This document shows positions 61,532-64,000 of a stretch of 64,000 bases of DNA, piece after piece. Position numbers and translations under genes: made by a program. The notes below the pieces were generated by a model. The model ran no database searches, had not been told where the DNA came from, and worked only from the letters and a program-made list of their open reading frames with translations. Source of the DNA: Candidatus Latescibacterota bacterium (lineage in GTDB: Bacteria > Latescibacterota > UBA2968 > UBA8231); NCBI GenBank assembly GCA_965242865.1, contig CBDETK010000013.1:5455427-5519426 (forward strand), given 5' to 3'. Within the stretch, counting starts at the first letter, position 1, and each line of letters opens with the position of its first letter.

Positions 61532-63766
61532 ATGTCAACCATGATCCATTTTCGCCTCATCCTGTTCTCAGTGCTCGGAGCATTGACCGCGCCCGTTGAC
61601 GCCGAACTGGAGGTCGTCCAGCTCGGAGGCGAGGGTGGGTTGGCTTGGGAGAGTGGCGGCGGAGCGATTCCCGCGCTGGTCATCCTCGACCCGGCGACCG
61701 TTGATCAGTCCAATACGCCCGGCGGCGTCATCGACTTTGCGCCGGTTGACCGCGCCCATTGGATCTTTCCGCAGCAGGCCGATACCACAGACAACATCTT
61801 GATCGGCGTCAACTCCAAAGAGCGCGGGGGCCGCGTCTTTACGCCCATTCCCTCCTTTCGGTTTCTCGAAGCCGACTTTCCCCAGATGTTTGACGACGAC
61901 GGCAACACCGCCTTGGCGGTGAAATCCTCGGGCACCGGGGGCACCGGCGCCTTTGGCCTCCTCATTGAATTCGACTTGGGGGCCATCTTTGGCGTCAATC
62001 GGTTCAAGTTCTTCCCCCGCAATGCCGACCCGGCCTTTCCGGCTCCTGACTTCCAGTCCCAAGACGACTTTTTGAAGGGCTACGAAATTTTTGTCAACGA
62101 CGGCCGCCCGGAATCGCGCCGCGAGGGCAGTCTGATTTGGGAAACGGTGGCCTTTGAGGGGCAAAACCAAGAAGCGGTGGTGGATGTGCGCATTCCCACC
62201 CGCTTTGTGCGCTTTTTGCGGCTCAAGTCCCTGACGGCCGCGGACTTTGAGATCGCCGAGTTCCAAGTGTTCAGCGAGGGGTTTGTGCCGCAGGCCGTGT
62301 ACATTTCCAACGTATTCGATTTTGGCGATCCAGCGCTTTTGGGCCGGTTGCGCTGGGTTGAAGAGCAGGTGGGCGACCCAACGCGCTCTAGGGTGCAGGT
62401 CCGCACTCGCAGTGGCGATGATCCCCAGCCGGTCGAGTTCACGCGGGTCGGCAAGCAATCCTCGGGGCGACTTGAACAGCGGGGCGATACCGTGTTCGAC
62501 ATCCCCATTGACGCGCCTTGGAAGCGAGCCGAAGAGGTGGAAGACAGCGAACTCCAGGGCCTGATCGCCAACGTCCTCGACAACGAAGCGATGGACGGGC
62601 GCGAGGCGCTGTTGACGTTTGGCCAGTTGCCTTTTGCCCAGCGGTCCCAGATCACCCTCGACGAGGCGCACTACAACAAGCTGGCGAGCGACCAAAGATC
62701 GGTGATTCGCGACGACCTCACCAATTGGAGCCCTTGGTCGCCCCCCTATTCGCCCGAAGGCATCGTCGCCCCAGACCAATTGCCGGACCCAGGAACGGGG
62801 ACGCTGATCGTATCGCCGAGCCCCCGGCGCTATTTTCAAGTCATGCTCGAATTCTTCAACGCCGAGGTCGATGCCGCGACTGGCATCGGCGGGGTGGCGT
62901 GGGATGTTTTCCGGCCGGTCTTTGCGGACTCCCTCATCGCCGAGATTTTGCCCCGCACCGCCACTTTAGGCCAAGCCACCCGCTTCACATACGGCGTACT
63001 GGTCAAAGCCACGGCCCAGAATGCGGGCTTTGACCGCTTTGAAATTAGTACCCCGCTGCGCCCCGCGTCGATTGGCCAAGTGGAAATACGCCGGCCCGAT
63101 GGCACGACCGAAGCGGCGGATTTTTCCGGCTCGTCCCTCGCGGCTCTCCCAGTGGAGCAACATGGTTTTAGCGTGGTGGCCGTGCGCGACGACGGCTTTG
63201 TCATGGCCTTCCCGCGGATTGCGGAGGATGGGGCCGTCTTGACCTTGGAATTTGAGAATGCGGTCTTGCGCTTGGGCACTCGGTTTGCCGGCCGGGCGCT
63301 CAACGCGGACAACGCGGTGCTGGGGCAAGTGGTGTTGGCTGGCAATGCCGCGAATTTGAGTCGGGAGGGTATGGAGGATCCCGACCGCCGCGCCGTGGGC
63401 ACCCTCGATCCAGAAAACCTCTTTGTCAACGTGCCGATCACCGACGACCTGCTCGTGAATGTGGCGGCCGTTCCCAGCGTTTTTACCCCCAATGGCGACG
63501 GGGTCAACGAGCGAGCGGCCATTACCTACGATATAACCAACATCGCGCACCCCACCCGGGTGCGGCTCCGGATCTACGATTTGAGTGGCCGGTTGATCCG
63601 CAACCTCTACGAAGGCTTGGATACGAGCGGTCGCTTCCCCCGCTTTTGGGATGGCCGCGACGATGGGGACGACCCCGTCCCGCCGGGCCACTACATCTTT
63701 GCTGTTGCTTTGGATGCGGGGACCGGCGAGGAAAAGCGGTCGGGGATCGTCAAAGTAGCGTATTGA
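61532..63766 (+). CDS. large secreted protein, paralogous in architecture to 57241..59826 (same C-terminal domain)
   Basis: The ATG at 61532 (GAGGAAG upstream) gives signal peptide 'MSTMIHFRLILFSVLGALTAPVDA'. C-terminus 'FTPNGDGVNERAAITY...IYDLSGRLIRNL...WDGRDDGDDPVPPGHYIF'. Confidence 0.7.
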   Translation: MSTMIHFRLILFSVLGALTAPVDAELEVVQLGGEGGLAWESGGGAIPALVILDPATVDQSNTPGGVIDFAPVDRAHWIFPQQADTTDNILIGVNSKERGGRVFTPIPSFRFLEADFPQMFDDDGNTALAVKSSGTGGTGAFGLLIEFDLGAIFGVNRFKFFPRNADPAFPAPDFQSQDDFLKGYEIFVNDGRPESRREGSLIWETVAFEGQNQEAVVDVRIPTRFVRFLRLKSLTAADFEIAEFQVFSEGFVPQAVYISNVFDFGDPALLGRLRWVEEQVGDPTRSRVQVRTRSGDDPQPVEFTRVGKQSSGRLEQRGDTVFDIPIDAPWKRAEEVEDSELQGLIANVLDNEAMDGREALLTFGQLPFAQRSQITLDEAHYNKLASDQRSVIRDDLTNWSPWSPPYSPEGIVAPDQLPDPGTGTLIVSPSPRRYFQVMLEFFNAEVDAATGIGGVAWDVFRPVFADSLIAEILPRTATLGQATRFTYGVLVKATAQNAGFDRFEISTPLRPASIGQVEIRRPDGTTEAADFSGSSLAALPVEQHGFSVVAVRDDGFVMAFPRIAEDGAVLTLEFENAVLRLGTRFAGRALNADNAVLGQVVLAGNAANLSREGMEDPDRRAVGTLDPENLFVNVPITDDLLVNVAAVPSVFTPNGDGVNERAAITYDITNIAHPTRVRLRIYDLSGRLIRNLYEGLDTSGRFPRFWDGRDDGDDPVPPGHYIFAVALDAGTGEEKRSGIVKVAY

Positions 63767-63812
63767 TACTAGGCACCGTGAATTTTTCACGCAGAATTGG
63801 GAGGGTGCGGCA

Positions 63813-64000
63813 TTGAACGTCCGCGGAGCGAATTTAACGATTGGGCTAGCACTGTTGGTCGCGTCCCAAACCGTGCTCTTCGCCCAAGACTACGGCTCCC
63901 GCCTAGGGATTCAGCGCGGCGGCCAAGTCAGCTTTGAGCCTCGGGGGCCGGGCGTACTCTTTGGTGCCCTCGATCCCGCTGTGCAGAAGTGGTACGTGCC
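63813..64000 (+). CDS. 5' end of a secreted protein gene (partial, runs out of the window)
   Basis: TTG at 63813 preceded by GGGAGGG. Manual translation gives LNVRGANLTIGLALLVASQTVLFAQDYG.., which is signal-peptide-like. The frame is open to the window end. Confidence 0.35.
   Translation, partial: MNVRGANLTIGLALLVASQTVLFAQDYGSRLGIQRGGQVSFEPRGPGVLFGALDPAVQKWYV

Noticed and set aside
1-64000. CRISPR arrays, rRNA or tRNA genes, IS elements.
   Set aside because: Reading through the window, I noticed no regularly spaced short direct repeats, no rRNA-like or tRNA-like segments and no transposase-like ORF. A computational scan (tRNAscan-SE, minced, ISEScan) would be needed to be definitive.

Overview
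This is a 64-kb high-GC bacterial chromosome segment. I recognised no rRNA, tRNA, CRISPR array, transposase or integrase. Ordinary genes sit at both ends and in the middle: a Na+/solute symporter, a soluble acyl-ACP desaturase, a PspA module, ispH, a mannose-1-P guanylyltransferase-like gene, CRTAC1-type FG-GAP proteins, TPR lipoproteins, a HAD hydrolase, an FGE-domain protein, a sulfatase, FdhD, an M28 peptidase and two large paralogous secreted proteins. Three accessory regions interrupt them. (i) 5.3-7.1 kb holds a decayed ParA-like module and a 19-bp perfect palindrome embedded in a near-consensus promoter. (ii) 10.4-34.9 kb is a 24.5-kb island in which every credible gene lies on the minus strand. 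A DUF1156 methylase / DUF499 ATPase pair has been pulled apart and overgrown by cargo: ABC-type ATPases, a PIN-like protein, DUF433, an SDH/ClpP-fold protease, an NTase pair, a very AT-rich SIR2-STAND gene, two HEPN-MNT pairs, and a reverse transcriptase plus PHP-ATPase bracketed by two COG2865 paralogs. Decayed copies of the methylase 3' end (three) and 5' end (one) mark the cargo boundaries, which suggests accretion by homologous recombination at anchor genes. The methylase itself carries a 1-nt frameshift. (iii) 43.0-52.2 kb is a six-gene plus-strand operon joining an Upf1-like SF1 helicase and two unknown proteins to a TerY-P triad (vWA, PP2C, Ser/Thr kinase). I rate this operon and the RT/PHP-ATPase block as the best candidates for an undescribed system. 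ispH is also translationally coupled to three consecutive BMC-P (EutN/CcmL) genes, with no shell hexamer gene in the window. All calls rest on reading the translated ORFs and on manual alignment; no database search was possible.
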